A stretch of DNA of 59,207 nucleotides from the NCBI GenBank assembly GCA_045126575.1, contig JBGVOQ010000009.1:1-59207 (forward strand), given 5' to 3'. Below are positions 10,419-20,186 of this stretch, piece after piece. The position numbers and the translations under genes are program-made. This stretch comes from Candidatus Onthoplasma sp. (GTDB taxonomy: Bacteria; Bacillota; Clostridia; Christensenellales; UBA1242). Below the pieces are notes generated by a model. The model was not told the origin of the DNA, searched no databases, and worked only from the letters and a program-made list of their open reading frames with translations. Positions within the stretch are counted from its first letter, which is position 1. Each line of letters begins with the position of its first letter.

Positions 10419-10931
10419 ATGGCAAAAAGAGAATTTAAAAAGCCTAGAGTAGAAGAAAACGACGGACTTGAAAAGAAAATGCTAGGCATTCGCCGTGTTT
10501 CTAAAACAGTTAAAGGTGGACGTGTTATCGGATTTTCAGGATTAGTTCTTGTAGGCGATAAGAAAGGTCGCGTAGGAATGGGTACTGCAAAGGCAAAAGA
10601 AGTTCCTATGGCCGCTGCTAAAGCAGAAAAGGCTGCTAAGAAAAACATGGTAAATGTTCCAGTTGTTAATGGCACAGTTCCTTACGAAGCTGTTGGCAAA
10701 TTTTCTACCACACGCGTTATTATCTTACCTTCAAAACCTGGTACAGGTATTATTGCCGGTGGTGCTGCTCGTGCGGTATTCGAACTAGCTGGTTATACAG
10801 ATATTACTGCTAAAATACACGGTTCTACTAACAAAATCAACACTGTTCGTGCAACATTAAATGCACTTAAAAATATGAGAACTGCTGAACAAATCGCAAT
10901 GCTTCGCGGTAAGTCAGTGGAAGAATTATAG
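10419..10931 (+). CDS. rpsE: 30S ribosomal protein S5
   Basis: RVSKTVKGGR, PGTGIIAGG. Confidence 0.99.
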   Translation: MAKREFKKPRVEENDGLEKKMLGIRRVSKTVKGGRVIGFSGLVLVGDKKGRVGMGTAKAKEVPMAAAKAEKAAKKNMVNVPVVNGTVPYEAVGKFSTTRVIILPSKPGTGIIAGGAARAVFELAGYTDITAKIHGSTNKINTVRATLNALKNMRTAEQIAMLRGKSVEEL

Positions 10932-10941
10932 GAGGCATTTT

Positions 10942-11136
10942 ATGGAAAAGAAAAGTGAAAACATGATTAAGGTTACTTATGTTAAAAGTTGCATAGGTTA
11001 CAACAAAAAGCAAGCTAAAATATTAGAAGCTTTGGGTTTAAAGAAATTAGGTGATTGCAATATCCTTCCTGACAACGCTTGCGTTCAAGGTAGTGTATTC
11101 AAAGTAAAACACTTAGTTAAAGTAGAAAAGGCGTAA
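10942..11136 (+). CDS. rpmD: 50S ribosomal protein L30
   Basis: [22 protein letters not shown]; position between rpsE and rplO. Confidence 0.97.
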   Translation: MEKKSENMIKVTYVKSCIGYNKKQAKILEALGLKKLGDCNILPDNACVQGSVFKVKHLVKVEKA

Positions 11137-11147
11137 AAGGAGTTAAT

Positions 11148-11594
11148 ATGTATATTCATGATTTAAAAAACGCCGAAGGCGAAAAGACCAAAAAGTTTAG
11201 AAAAGGCCGTGGTATCGGTAGTGGCTTAGGCAAAACTGCTGGTAAAGGTCATAAGGGTCAAAACGCTCGTAGTGGCGGTGGCGTTCGTCCAGGATTTGAA
11301 GGCGGACAAATGCCTTTATATAGAAGACTTCCTTCTCGTGGATTTAATAATGCAAAATTTGCTAAAGTTTATTCAACAGTTAATGTGGACAAACTTAACT
11401 TATTCGAAGCTGGTGCTGTAGTTGATGCTGCTGCATTAATCGAAAGAGGTATTTTGTCTAAGGTTGAAAAAGACGGTATCAAGATTTTGGGTAACGGTGA
11501 ATTAAAGGTTGCTTTAACTGTTAAGGCTAACAAATTTACTGCTACTGCAAGTGAAAAAATTAAAGCATTAGGTGGTACACCTGAGGAGGTATAA
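11148..11594 (+). CDS. rplO: 50S ribosomal protein L15
   Basis: [31 protein letters not shown]. Confidence 0.99.
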   Translation: MYIHDLKNAEGEKTKKFRKGRGIGSGLGKTAGKGHKGQNARSGGGVRPGFEGGQMPLYRRLPSRGFNNAKFAKVYSTVNVDKLNLFEAGAVVDAAALIERGILSKVEKDGIKILGNGELKVALTVKANKFTATASEKIKALGGTPEEV

Positions 11595-12895
11595 TGTTCA
11601 AAACCTTATCTGACGCATTTAAAATTAAGGAAGTGCGTAACAAATTATTATTAACACTATTACTACTATTAATCTATCGTCTTGGTTGCTGGTTGCCTGT
11701 TCCAGGTGTGGTTGGCATCGAGTTTGGCGAAGGACAAACATTCTTTAATCTATTAAATAGTATGAGTGGTGGTGCTTTGTCTCAAGGAACATTTTTAGCA
11801 CTTGGCGTATCGCCATATATCACATCATCAATCATTATTCAACTTCTTGCAGCGGTTATACCTAGCTGGGAGAACTTGAAAAATGAAGGTGCTGATGGAC
11901 GTAAAAAGATTGAAAAATACACAAAGATTGCTGCATTAGTTATTGCTACTGCGCAAGCTTTAGGTATTGTTATAGGTTTAAAGAGTAGCGGATATATTGA
12001 TACTAAATATTTTGGCTCAGCTCCAGAATTTATATCAATAGCATTCGTAGTGTTAATGTTGGTTGCCGGTGCAATGTTTACCGTTTGGCTTGGTGAAAAA
12101 ATCACCGAAATCGGTATCGGCAACGGTATGTCATTATTGATTTTCGTAGGTATTTTAAGTAGTGCTGGTACAGCGTTACTTTCAACATTTAAGAATATCG
12201 CAAAGGGTGGCGACGTTGCTGTAAGTGCAATTTGGCAATTAGTTCTATTCTTGGTTGTAATGCTAGTAATCTTTGGATTAGTAGTGTTTGTAGACGGTGC
12301 AGAACGTAAAGTTCCAGTACAATATGCAAAACAAATTAAGGGTAGAAAAATGTATGGTGGACAATCTACTTACATCCCTGTTCGTGTAAATGCTAACGGC
12401 GTTATGCCAATCATTTTCGCAACATCAATTTTAACTTTCCCACAATTGCTATTCAGTATTTTCTGGGCAGACAAAACAACTGGCTTTATCGGCTGGTGGA
12501 ATAAGTGGGTAGGTAGTGGAACTTGGATTTATACAATTTTACTAGGTTTATTGATTTTGGCGTTTGCTTACTTCTATAGTATGTTAAACTTCAATACTCA
12601 AGATATTAGTAGACAAATTCAACAAAATGGTGGATTTATCCCAGGTATTCGTCCAGGTAAACCAACCGCTGATTATTTAGGCGGAATTTCTAAGCGTATT
12701 ACATTGTTTGGTGCAATATTCTTAGGATTTATGGCAATTATCCCAACATTTATTTTTAAGGCAATTGGTACAACTGCTTTGACAAGTGCATTTAGTGCAA
12801 CATCTATCCTAATTGTAGTTAGTGTAGCACTTGAATTTGACAAGCAACTTGAAGCTCAAATGCTTATGAGAAATTATAGAGGATTTTTGAAATAA
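11594..12895 (+). CDS. secY: Preprotein translocase subunit SecY
   Basis: ALGVSPYITSSII, GIGNGMSLLIF, IPGIRPGKPT; ~10 TM segments. Confidence 0.99.
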   Translation: MFKTLSDAFKIKEVRNKLLLTLLLLLIYRLGCWLPVPGVVGIEFGEGQTFFNLLNSMSGGALSQGTFLALGVSPYITSSIIIQLLAAVIPSWENLKNEGADGRKKIEKYTKIAALVIATAQALGIVIGLKSSGYIDTKYFGSAPEFISIAFVVLMLVAGAMFTVWLGEKITEIGIGNGMSLLIFVGILSSAGTALLSTFKNIAKGGDVAVSAIWQLVLFLVVMLVIFGLVVFVDGAERKVPVQYAKQIKGRKMYGGQSTYIPVRVNANGVMPIIFATSILTFPQLLFSIFWADKTTGFIGWWNKWVGSGTWIYTILLGLLILAFAYFYSMLNFNTQDISRQIQQNGGFIPGIRPGKPTADYLGGISKRITLFGAIFLGFMAIIPTFIFKAIGTTALTSAFSATSILIVVSVALEFDKQLEAQMLMRNYRGFLK

Positions 12896-12911
12896 AATTT
12901 AAAATAACCAC

Positions 12912-12961
12912 TAGATTTTTATATGAAAGTGTGTTATAATGAAGCAAGAAACAAATGTTTC
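12912..12961 (+). promoter_or_regulatory. Internal promoter upstream of adk with downstream palindrome
   Basis: TAGATT-N17-TATAAT (TG-extended) then GAAACA-AA-TGTTTC at 12948-12961. Confidence 0.5.
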
Positions 12962-12987
12962 CAAAATTAATATAAAAATGGGGTCGT

Positions 12988-13611
12988 ATGAAAATTATTT
13001 TATTAGGTGCTCCTAATAGTGGAAAAGGTACACTAGCGGGCAATATTAAAGAAAAGTACAATTTAATTCAAGTTTCTACTGGCGACTTGTTGCGTGCAGA
13101 GGTTGCTACAGGAAGCGAACTTGGCAAGCATATCCACGAAGTTCAAATGAGTGGTGGTATGGTTGAATTTGAAACAGTTATGGATGTTATGAATAAATTT
13201 GTATCGTCTATTCCTGATGATAAAGGCTTATTGTTTGATGGTTTCCCTCGTGATTTAAAACAAGCGGAAGCGTTAAATAGTATGACAAAAATTGACGCTG
13301 TTCTACTTTTAAATGTTGAACCAGATGAAATTTTAAGAAGAGCTCTTGGTCGTTTAACTTGTAGTAAATGTAAAGCTGTTACAAATAGGGAATATGTTAC
13401 TGGTAATGTATGTCCTAAGTGTGGTGGCGAACTTATAACTCGTGCAGACGATAACGAAGAAACAGTTAGAAAAAGAATTAAAACATATTTTGATAGCACT
13501 TATCCTTTAATCGAATATTATGAAAAACTTGGTTTACTTCATAAGATTGATGCAGGTCATACTCCTCAATATACAATGGAGCAGGCAGTAGCAATATTGT
13601 CAAGTCTATAA
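12988..13611 (+). CDS. adk: Adenylate kinase (zinc-LID type)
   Basis: GAPNSGKGT P-loop, STGDLLR, DGFPR, CxxC...CxxC, RADDNEET. Confidence 0.97.
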   Translation: MKIILLGAPNSGKGTLAGNIKEKYNLIQVSTGDLLRAEVATGSELGKHIHEVQMSGGMVEFETVMDVMNKFVSSIPDDKGLLFDGFPRDLKQAEALNSMTKIDAVLLLNVEPDEILRRALGRLTCSKCKAVTNREYVTGNVCPKCGGELITRADDNEETVRKRIKTYFDSTYPLIEYYEKLGLLHKIDAGHTPQYTMEQAVAILSSL

Positions 13612-14358
13612 ATGAGTATAACAATTAAAACACAAAGCGAGTTAGATTTAATGCGTCAGGCAGGAAAAATCTTGGCTGACACATTAAAACTGATTGAGCA
13701 AAACATATATGTAGGTCAAACTTCGGCACAGTTAGATAAATTGGCCTATGATTACATTATTTCACAAGGTGCCAAACCATCATTTTTAGGATATGAAGGG
13801 TTTCCATATACAATTTGTGCAAGTGTAAATGACGAAGTTGTACATGGATTTGCAACCGATATACCTTTAAAAGATGGAGATATAATTAGCGTAGACTGTG
13901 GAGTAATCTGGAAAGGTTACCACGCAGATGCAGCAAGAACTTTTGCGGTAGGCAATGTCGAACCAAAAGTTTTAAAACTCATAGAAGAGACTAAACAATC
14001 TTTCTTTGAGGGAATTAAAGATATTCGTGCAGGTAGTAAACTTGGACATATCAGCCACAAAATTCAAGTACATCTTGAAAAAAATGGTTATGGTGTGGTA
14101 AGGGAACTTGTTGGTCATGGAATTGGCACACATTTGCACGAGGACCCAATGGTACCAAACTATGGTCCATATAATGCGGGTGTATTACTACGCAGTGGTA
14201 TGACACTGGCAATTGAACCTATGTCTACATTAGGTAAAAGAAATGTGGTACTTCATCACAATGGGTGGACGGTTTTGACTGAAGATGGCTTGCCTTCTGC
14301 ACATTATGAAAATACGGTTATCATAACTGATGACGGTGTAGAAATAATAACTTTATAG
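13612..14358 (+). CDS. map: Methionine aminopeptidase type I
   Basis: SVNDEVVHG, GHGIG-x-LHEDP, AIEPM, SAHYENT. Confidence 0.98.
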   Translation: MSITIKTQSELDLMRQAGKILADTLKLIEQNIYVGQTSAQLDKLAYDYIISQGAKPSFLGYEGFPYTICASVNDEVVHGFATDIPLKDGDIISVDCGVIWKGYHADAARTFAVGNVEPKVLKLIEETKQSFFEGIKDIRAGSKLGHISHKIQVHLEKNGYGVVRELVGHGIGTHLHEDPMVPNYGPYNAGVLLRSGMTLAIEPMSTLGKRNVVLHHNGWTVLTEDGLPSAHYENTVIITDDGVEIITL

Positions 14359-14365
14359 GAGTGTT

Positions 14366-14638
14366 ATGAAAATTTTCAAATTACAAATTGGAGATATTGT
14401 TGAAAGTACACAAGGACGTGATTTGGGTTGTAGATATGTGGTTACAAACATTGATAAAAAGGGTTATTGTTCGATTATAAACGGTAAACTTAGAACAATG
14501 GACAAACCAAAAATTAAAAATCCAATTCATTTGGCTTATGTGGGTAGTTATCCTGAATTAATTGAAAGGATGAAAGGACCTATAACAAATCACGAATTAA
14601 ATAAATTAATTGAAAAATTTAACGCTATGGAGGAGTAA
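14366..14638 (+). CDS. KOW-motif (L14e-like) RNA-binding protein
   Basis: [13 protein letters not shown]...[10 protein letters not shown]; conserved clostridial position between map and infA. Confidence 0.85.
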   Translation: MKIFKLQIGDIVESTQGRDLGCRYVVTNIDKKGYCSIINGKLRTMDKPKIKNPIHLAYVGSYPELIERMKGPITNHELNKLIEKFNAMEE

Positions 14639-14640
14639 TT

Positions 14641-14862
14641 ATGTCTAAGGAAGATGTTATTGAAACCGAAGGCGAAGTTGTTGAAGTGTTAGGCAACACC
14701 AACTTCAAGGTTAAGATTATGAACAACCACATTATTACAGCTTACATTTCTGGTAAATTGAGAACTCATTTTATCAAAGTGTTGGTTGGTGATAAAGTAA
14801 AAGTGGAAATGAGTCCTTACGATTTGACTAAAGGTCGTATCGTATGGCGTGACAAAAACTAG
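14641..14862 (+). CDS. infA: Translation initiation factor IF-1
   Basis: [19 protein letters not shown]. Confidence 0.99.
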   Translation: MSKEDVIETEGEVVEVLGNTNFKVKIMNNHIITAYISGKLRTHFIKVLVGDKVKVEMSPYDLTKGRIVWRDKN

Positions 14863-14875
14863 GAAGGAGAAAGTT

Positions 14876-14992
14876 ATGAAAGTTAGACCATCTGTTAAAC
14901 CTATGTGTGAAAAATGTAGAGTTATTAAACGTAACGGCAGAGTTATGGTTATATGCTCAAAGTCAAATACTCACAAGCAAAGACAAGGTTAG
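14876..14992 (+). CDS. rpmJ: 50S ribosomal protein L36 (below the ORF-track size cutoff)
   Basis: Manual translation [47 protein letters not shown]. Confidence 0.98.
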   Translation: MKVRPSVKPMCEKCRVIKRNGRVMVICSKSNTHKQRQG

Positions 14993-15083
14993 AAAATAAA
15001 TTTGAAAATTACCACTACTTTCTCGCGGCGTAAACGAAAGTGGTGATTAAATAAAATACTAAAAATTATAATTGGAGGAAATT

Positions 15084-15452
15084 ATGGCACGTATTGCGGG
15101 CGTGGATATACCAAACGAGAAAAGAGTTGAAATTGGACTTACCTATATCTATGGTATCGGTAGAGTTCGTTCTAACAAAATCTTAGCAGCTACTGGCATC
15201 AACCCTGACACAAGAGTTAAGGATTTGACTGAAGCTGACGTTGCTAACATTCGTAAGTATATCGAATCTAATTTCACCGTTGAAGGTGAATTGCGTAGAG
15301 ATATCGCTTTAGATATCAAGCGCTTAAAAGAAATTAGGTGCTATCGTGGTTTGCGTCACATTGCAAACCTACCAGTTCGTGGTCAATCTACTAAGACCAA
15401 TGCAAGAACTCGTAAAGGACCTAGAAAAACTATAGCAAATAAGAAAAAGTAA
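15084..15452 (+). CDS. rpsM: 30S ribosomal protein S13
   Basis: [27 protein letters not shown]; start moved to ATG 15084. Confidence 0.99.
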   Translation: MARIAGVDIPNEKRVEIGLTYIYGIGRVRSNKILAATGINPDTRVKDLTEADVANIRKYIESNFTVEGELRRDIALDIKRLKEIRCYRGLRHIANLPVRGQSTKTNARTRKGPRKTIANKKK

Positions 15453-15466
15453 TAAGGAGTAATTAA

Positions 15467-15862
15467 ATGGCTACAAAAAGTACCGAAAACAAAAAGAAAA
15501 AAATCGTCAGAAAAAATATTGGCGAAGGTGCTGTACACATTCAAGCAACTTTTAATAATACAATAGTTACTTTTACCGACGCTCAAGGAAATGCTATTTC
15601 TTGGTGTAGCGCTGGTGCTTTGGGTAACCGTGGTGCTAAGAAATCTACACCATTCGTTGCTCAACAAATCGTTGAAACAGCTGCAAAGGCTGCTAAGGAC
15701 GCTGGTATTACTAAAGTTGCAGTATATGTGAAAGGTGCTGGTGGTGGTAGAGAAGCTGCTATTAGAGCTTTGGCTACAGCTGAAATCGGTGTTACTATGA
15801 TTAAAGACGTATCACCAATCCCTCACAACGGATGCAGACCACCTAAGAGAAGAAGAATATAA
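15467..15862 (+). CDS. rpsK: 30S ribosomal protein S11
   Basis: [22 protein letters not shown]. Confidence 0.99.
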   Translation: MATKSTENKKKKIVRKNIGEGAVHIQATFNNTIVTFTDAQGNAISWCSAGALGNRGAKKSTPFVAQQIVETAAKAAKDAGITKVAVYVKGAGGGREAAIRALATAEIGVTMIKDVSPIPHNGCRPPKRRRI

Positions 15863-15876
15863 AAGGAGAGTAAAAA

Positions 15877-16497
15877 ATGGCAAAATATACAGATGCTAAA
15901 TGTCGTCAATGCCGTAGAGAAGGTTGCAAACTTTTCCTTAAGGGCGAAAGATGTACATCTGGTAAGTGTGCTATGGACCGTAGACCAGTTGTTCCTGGAC
16001 AACACGGTGCTGCTAGAAAGAAAGTTACCGAATACGGTTTACAATTAAGAGAAAAACAAAAAGTTAGACGTGCTTACAACGTGTTGGAACGTCAATTTGC
16101 TAACTATTATGAAGCTGCTGTTAGAAGCAAACAACAAACTGGTTTTGCTTTACTTCAAATGCTTGAATTGCGTCTTGATAACGTGGCTTACAGAATGGGA
16201 ATTGGTTCTAGCCGTGCTGAAGCAAGACAAAGAGTTGGTCAAAATCACCTAACAGTTAATGGTAAAAAGGTTAACATCCCTTCATATCAAGTTAAGGTTG
16301 GTGACGTTATAGCAGTTAAGGAAAAGAGTCAAGCTCTTGAAATGTTCAAGGCTTTGAAAGACCTTAAAGTTGTTACACCAAAATGGATTGAGTTTAACGC
16401 TGAAACTCTTACAGGCAAAATTATAGCTTTACCAGAAAGAGATGATATCGATCTAAACATCAAAGAAAACTTGATTGTCGAATATTATTCAAGATAA
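15877..16497 (+). CDS. rpsD: 30S ribosomal protein S4
   Basis: CRQCRREG, QLREKQK, LELRLDN, IVEYYSR. Confidence 0.99.
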   Translation: MAKYTDAKCRQCRREGCKLFLKGERCTSGKCAMDRRPVVPGQHGAARKKVTEYGLQLREKQKVRRAYNVLERQFANYYEAAVRSKQQTGFALLQMLELRLDNVAYRMGIGSSRAEARQRVGQNHLTVNGKKVNIPSYQVKVGDVIAVKEKSQALEMFKALKDLKVVTPKWIEFNAETLTGKIIALPERDDIDLNIKENLIVEYYSR

Positions 16498-16512
16498 TAG
16501 GAGGATTTTATT

Positions 16513-17469
16513 ATGATGGAAATTGAAAAGCCAAGAATTAATTTAGAAGAGTTTGATAATGGGGCTAATGCTCGTATAGTTGTTGAACCACTTGAAAAGG
16601 GTTTTGGTATTACTTTGGGTAATGCTCTTCGTAGAGTGCTACTTTCAAGTTTGCCAGGCGCTGCTGTTGTGGGCGTGAAAATTAGAAATGTTCTTCACGA
16701 ATTTTCAACAATTAAAGGCGTTTCAGAAGATGTGCCTGATATTATCCTAAACTTGAAGAATTTGGCAGTTAAATCTAGCGATACTAATCGTGATTTTAGA
16801 GCAGTTATGACATTGCGTAAAACTGGTCCTTGCGAAGTGTATGCTAGAGATATTGATTGTGGCGATATGGTTAGCATATTAAACCCTGATTTATATATTT
16901 GCAAGTTGGAAGCTGGTGCTGAACTTGATATGCAATTATTTGTAGGTCGTGGTCGTGGATATGTTACAGCTGAAAATAATAAAGACTTTTCTTCTGAAGT
17001 GGACTTTATTGCAATCGATTCATTATTTACTCCTGTTAAAAAGGTAAGCTTTGAAGTTCAATCTAGTCGTGTAGGACAAAATATGGACTTTGATAAACTT
17101 GTGCTTGATGTGCAAACTTATGGTACAGTTAGTGCTAAGGAAGTTATTGCGTTAAGTGCAAAATTACTAAATGACTACTTTAATATGTTTGTAGAACTAG
17201 TTGAAAATATGGCTGGTACAGATATATTAGTTGCTAGAAAAGAAGACGAAAGAACAAAATTGTTTGAAAAACCTATTGAGGAAATGGAACTTAGCGTTCG
17301 TAGCTACAACTGCTTGAAGCGTGCTGGTATTGAAACTATTGGCGATTTGGCTAAGAAGACAAGAGCAGATATGTTGAAGGTTCGTAACATGGGTGCTAAA
17401 TCATTAGAGGAAGTTATGCAAAAAATGGAATCTTATGGCATTAACCTTGATAACAACGAAAACTATTAA
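16513..17469 (+). CDS. rpoA: RNA polymerase alpha subunit
   Basis: EPLEKGFGITLGNALRRVLLSSLPG, LSVRSYNCLKRAGI. Confidence 0.99.
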   Translation: MMEIEKPRINLEEFDNGANARIVVEPLEKGFGITLGNALRRVLLSSLPGAAVVGVKIRNVLHEFSTIKGVSEDVPDIILNLKNLAVKSSDTNRDFRAVMTLRKTGPCEVYARDIDCGDMVSILNPDLYICKLEAGAELDMQLFVGRGRGYVTAENNKDFSSEVDFIAIDSLFTPVKKVSFEVQSSRVGQNMDFDKLVLDVQTYGTVSAKEVIALSAKLLNDYFNMFVELVENMAGTDILVARKEDERTKLFEKPIEEMELSVRSYNCLKRAGIETIGDLAKKTRADMLKVRNMGAKSLEEVMQKMESYGINLDNNENY

Positions 17470-17482
17470 AAGGAGAACTTAA

Positions 17483-17992
17483 ATGAAGGTTAAAAAGTTT
17501 AATAGACCTAGTAAAGAACGTCGCGCTTTAACTCGTAACCAAGCTACTGACTTGATTATGAAAGGTAAGATTGAAACTACTGTTGCTAAGGCTAAATACT
17601 TAAAGAGTTATGTTGAAAAACTAATCACTCTTGGTATTAGAACTTATGACAAGGTTTTAACTGTTACTAAGAATTACGTTGACGATAAGGGCAACAAGAC
17701 TACTCGTGAAGTAATTAATGATGCTCCTGGAAAGTTGGCTGCAAGACGTGCTATAAAGGCTAAAGTATATATGGTTAAAGAACCTCGTAAAGAAGGCGAA
17801 AAGAAGGCTGCATATATTGCTCGTATGGACAATATTAAGGACCCTGTTGTTGAAAAAATCTTTAACTTCTATGCTCCTAAGTATGCAGAACGTGCTAAGG
17901 AACTTGGCCAAGGTGGTGGATACCTACGTCTTCTAAAGACTGGTAAGCGCCGTGGCGACAACGCTGATATGGCTATAATTGAATTTGTTTAG
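17483..17992 (+). CDS. rplQ: 50S ribosomal protein L17 (with internal insertions)
   Basis: IETTVAKAK, EKLITLG, GGYLRLLKTGKRRGDNA. Confidence 0.97.
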   Translation: MKVKKFNRPSKERRALTRNQATDLIMKGKIETTVAKAKYLKSYVEKLITLGIRTYDKVLTVTKNYVDDKGNKTTREVINDAPGKLAARRAIKAKVYMVKEPRKEGEKKAAYIARMDNIKDPVVEKIFNFYAPKYAERAKELGQGGGYLRLLKTGKRRGDNADMAIIEFV

Positions 17993-18032
17993 AAATTAAT
18001 TATTAATTATAAATAAATTTTAGTATTTAAAT

Positions 18033-18074
18033 AAAAATACACTCTTAATGGTTGGTATAGAGTGTATTTTTTTT
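18033..18074 (+). terminator. Terminator of the ribosomal superoperon
   Basis: AAAAATACACTCT...AGAGTGTATTTTTTTT. Confidence 0.85.
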
Positions 18075-18155
18075 ATTGCAATAAAGTTATTGACTTTTTT
18101 GTTTTATATGGTAAAATATATAGTGTAGATAATTTGATAAAAATAAAGGATAGTT

Positions 18156-18956
18156 ATGATTGATACACACTGCCATTTAACTATGGTGTTAGATGAAAAT
18201 AAAAATATAGATTATGACAAGATAGATGATATTGTAAGCCGTATGGAACAGAATGGTGTTACGCAGGCCATTACCATGGGTGTAAATTTGCGGGATAGCA
18301 TAAATGCTTTGGAGATTGCTAATAGGTATAATAATATATATTGTGCTATAGGTGTACACCCGGAGGATGCAGATAGTGTTGATGAAAATACTTTTGCAAA
18401 ACTTGAAGATTTGATTAGAGATAATTTAGATAGCGGGAAGGTTGTAGCTGTTGGAGAGATTGGTTTGGATTACTATTGGCGCAAAGACAATAAGGACAAA
18501 CAAATTGAGATATTTAAAAAGCAAATAGAACTGGCTAAAAAATACAACCTACCGATCGTTGTTCATTGTAGAGAGGCTTATGGCGACACTCTTGACATTT
18601 TAAAGCAATACGCACCATACAATAGGGCTGGTGTAATACACTGTTATTCTGGTTCGGTTGAATGGGCTGAGCAGGTAATTAAGTTAGGCTTTTTAATTTC
18701 GTTTACAGGCGTGGTAACATACTCTAATGCGGTTAATGTGCAGGCTGTTGCAAAGTGGGTTGATGAGGATAAATTTATGCTAGAAACGGATAGCCCATAC
18801 CTAACTCCAGTTCCATTTAGAGGAAAAGTAAATGACCCATCATACACAAAATACGTGCTGGAATGTATTGCAAAAATAAAAAACGAAAATACTGAAAAAT
18901 TAAATAAAATAACAACAAATAACGCAATTAAATTATTTAATTTAAAAATAAAATAA
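18156..18956 (+). CDS. tatD: TatD family DNase
   Basis: IDTHCHL, GVHP, GEIGLDYY, HCREA, HCYSG, ETDSPYL. Confidence 0.96.
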   Translation: MIDTHCHLTMVLDENKNIDYDKIDDIVSRMEQNGVTQAITMGVNLRDSINALEIANRYNNIYCAIGVHPEDADSVDENTFAKLEDLIRDNLDSGKVVAVGEIGLDYYWRKDNKDKQIEIFKKQIELAKKYNLPIVVHCREAYGDTLDILKQYAPYNRAGVIHCYSGSVEWAEQVIKLGFLISFTGVVTYSNAVNVQAVAKWVDEDKFMLETDSPYLTPVPFRGKVNDPSYTKYVLECIAKIKNENTEKLNKITTNNAIKLFNLKIK

Positions 18957-19057
18957 TTAATTATTAATTTAATTACAAAACATTAACAATACACTATAAA
19001 ATAGATATTTGTTTTAATATTTAATTAATTTATTACAAATAAAAAAAGGAATAATAT

Positions 19058-19867
19058 ATGGATAAAATTGATTTTAAAAAACAATTTGGACAGAACTTTA
19101 TTTTTGATACAAACTTATTAAAGTTTATTGTTGAAAGTGCGGGCGTAACATCAGATGATGATGTTATTGAAATTGGTGCTGGTGCTGGAACACTAACAAA
19201 TCAAATCGCATTAAAAGCAAAAAGTGTGACTTCGTTTGAGATTGATAAAAGTTTGATGGATAGGTTGTTAAAGCTTCAAAGCGAACATGATAATCTTGAG
19301 TTTGTGTTTGAAGATTTTATGCAAGTGGATTTACGTGATTATATTAGCGAAGGGAAAAGATTTAAAGTTGTCGCCAATATACCGTATTATATAACAACTC
19401 CTATCATATTTAAGCTTTTGGACTTTGCTGGCAATATTGATACTATGATGTTTATGGTGCAAAAAGAAGTTGCAGAACGTTTTTGTGCATATTGCAATAG
19501 CAAAGAGTACGGCATAACTTCGGTTATATTGCAAAGTATTGCAGATGTTAAGTATGTGAGGACTATTAAGCGTGAATGTTTTACACCGGCTCCTAATGTT
19601 GACTCTGCCTTGATTAGGCTGGATTTAAAACTAGATAAATATAATATCGAGGATAGAAAGTTCTTTGTTGATTTTGTGCATAAGAGTTTTGCTATGCGAA
19701 GAAAAACTTTAGCTAATAATTTACTAAAGGGTTATAGTTTTAGTCGTGAGCAAATTGAAAGTGTTTTAACGGATTGCGGATTAAATGTTATGGTAAGGCC
19801 TGAAAATTTAACTGTTGAAAAATTTATTGAGTTAAGTAATAAATTTTGCAATATTAAAAATTGTTAA
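19058..19867 (+). CDS. rsmA: 16S rRNA m6,2A dimethyltransferase KsgA/RsmA
   Basis: KQFGQNF, EIGAGAGTLT, VVANIPYYITTPI, MVQKEVAER. Confidence 0.97.
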   Translation: MDKIDFKKQFGQNFIFDTNLLKFIVESAGVTSDDDVIEIGAGAGTLTNQIALKAKSVTSFEIDKSLMDRLLKLQSEHDNLEFVFEDFMQVDLRDYISEGKRFKVVANIPYYITTPIIFKLLDFAGNIDTMMFMVQKEVAERFCAYCNSKEYGITSVILQSIADVKYVRTIKRECFTPAPNVDSALIRLDLKLDKYNIEDRKFFVDFVHKSFAMRRKTLANNLLKGYSFSREQIESVLTDCGLNVMVRPENLTVEKFIELSNKFCNIKNC

Positions 19868-20093
19868 AATATTTGCAAAAATATAACAAAAAACATAAAA
19901 AATATATTAAAATAAATAATTTTCTTAAAAATAATTAAAATTGCCAAAAAGTTTTAATTATTTTTTATTTACTTATTTTTAGGTGGTTGTTAATTTGTGG
20001 TAAATATTTAATTGATTTTTTTGTGGTTTATTTTAGGATATGTTTTTAAAATTAACTATACGCGATAATTGTTGTATTTTGTTTTAATTTGGT

Positions 20094-20122
20094 TTGACTT
20101 TAATATGCGATTAAATTATAAT
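20094..20122 (+). promoter_or_regulatory. SigA-type promoter of the giant protein gene
   Basis: TTGACT-N17-TATAAT. Confidence 0.7.
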
Positions 20123-20186
20123 ATTATTATAATTACTTATAATAACAACAAAGCATTTAAATCAAAATAACGTTAAGGGGTATGTT

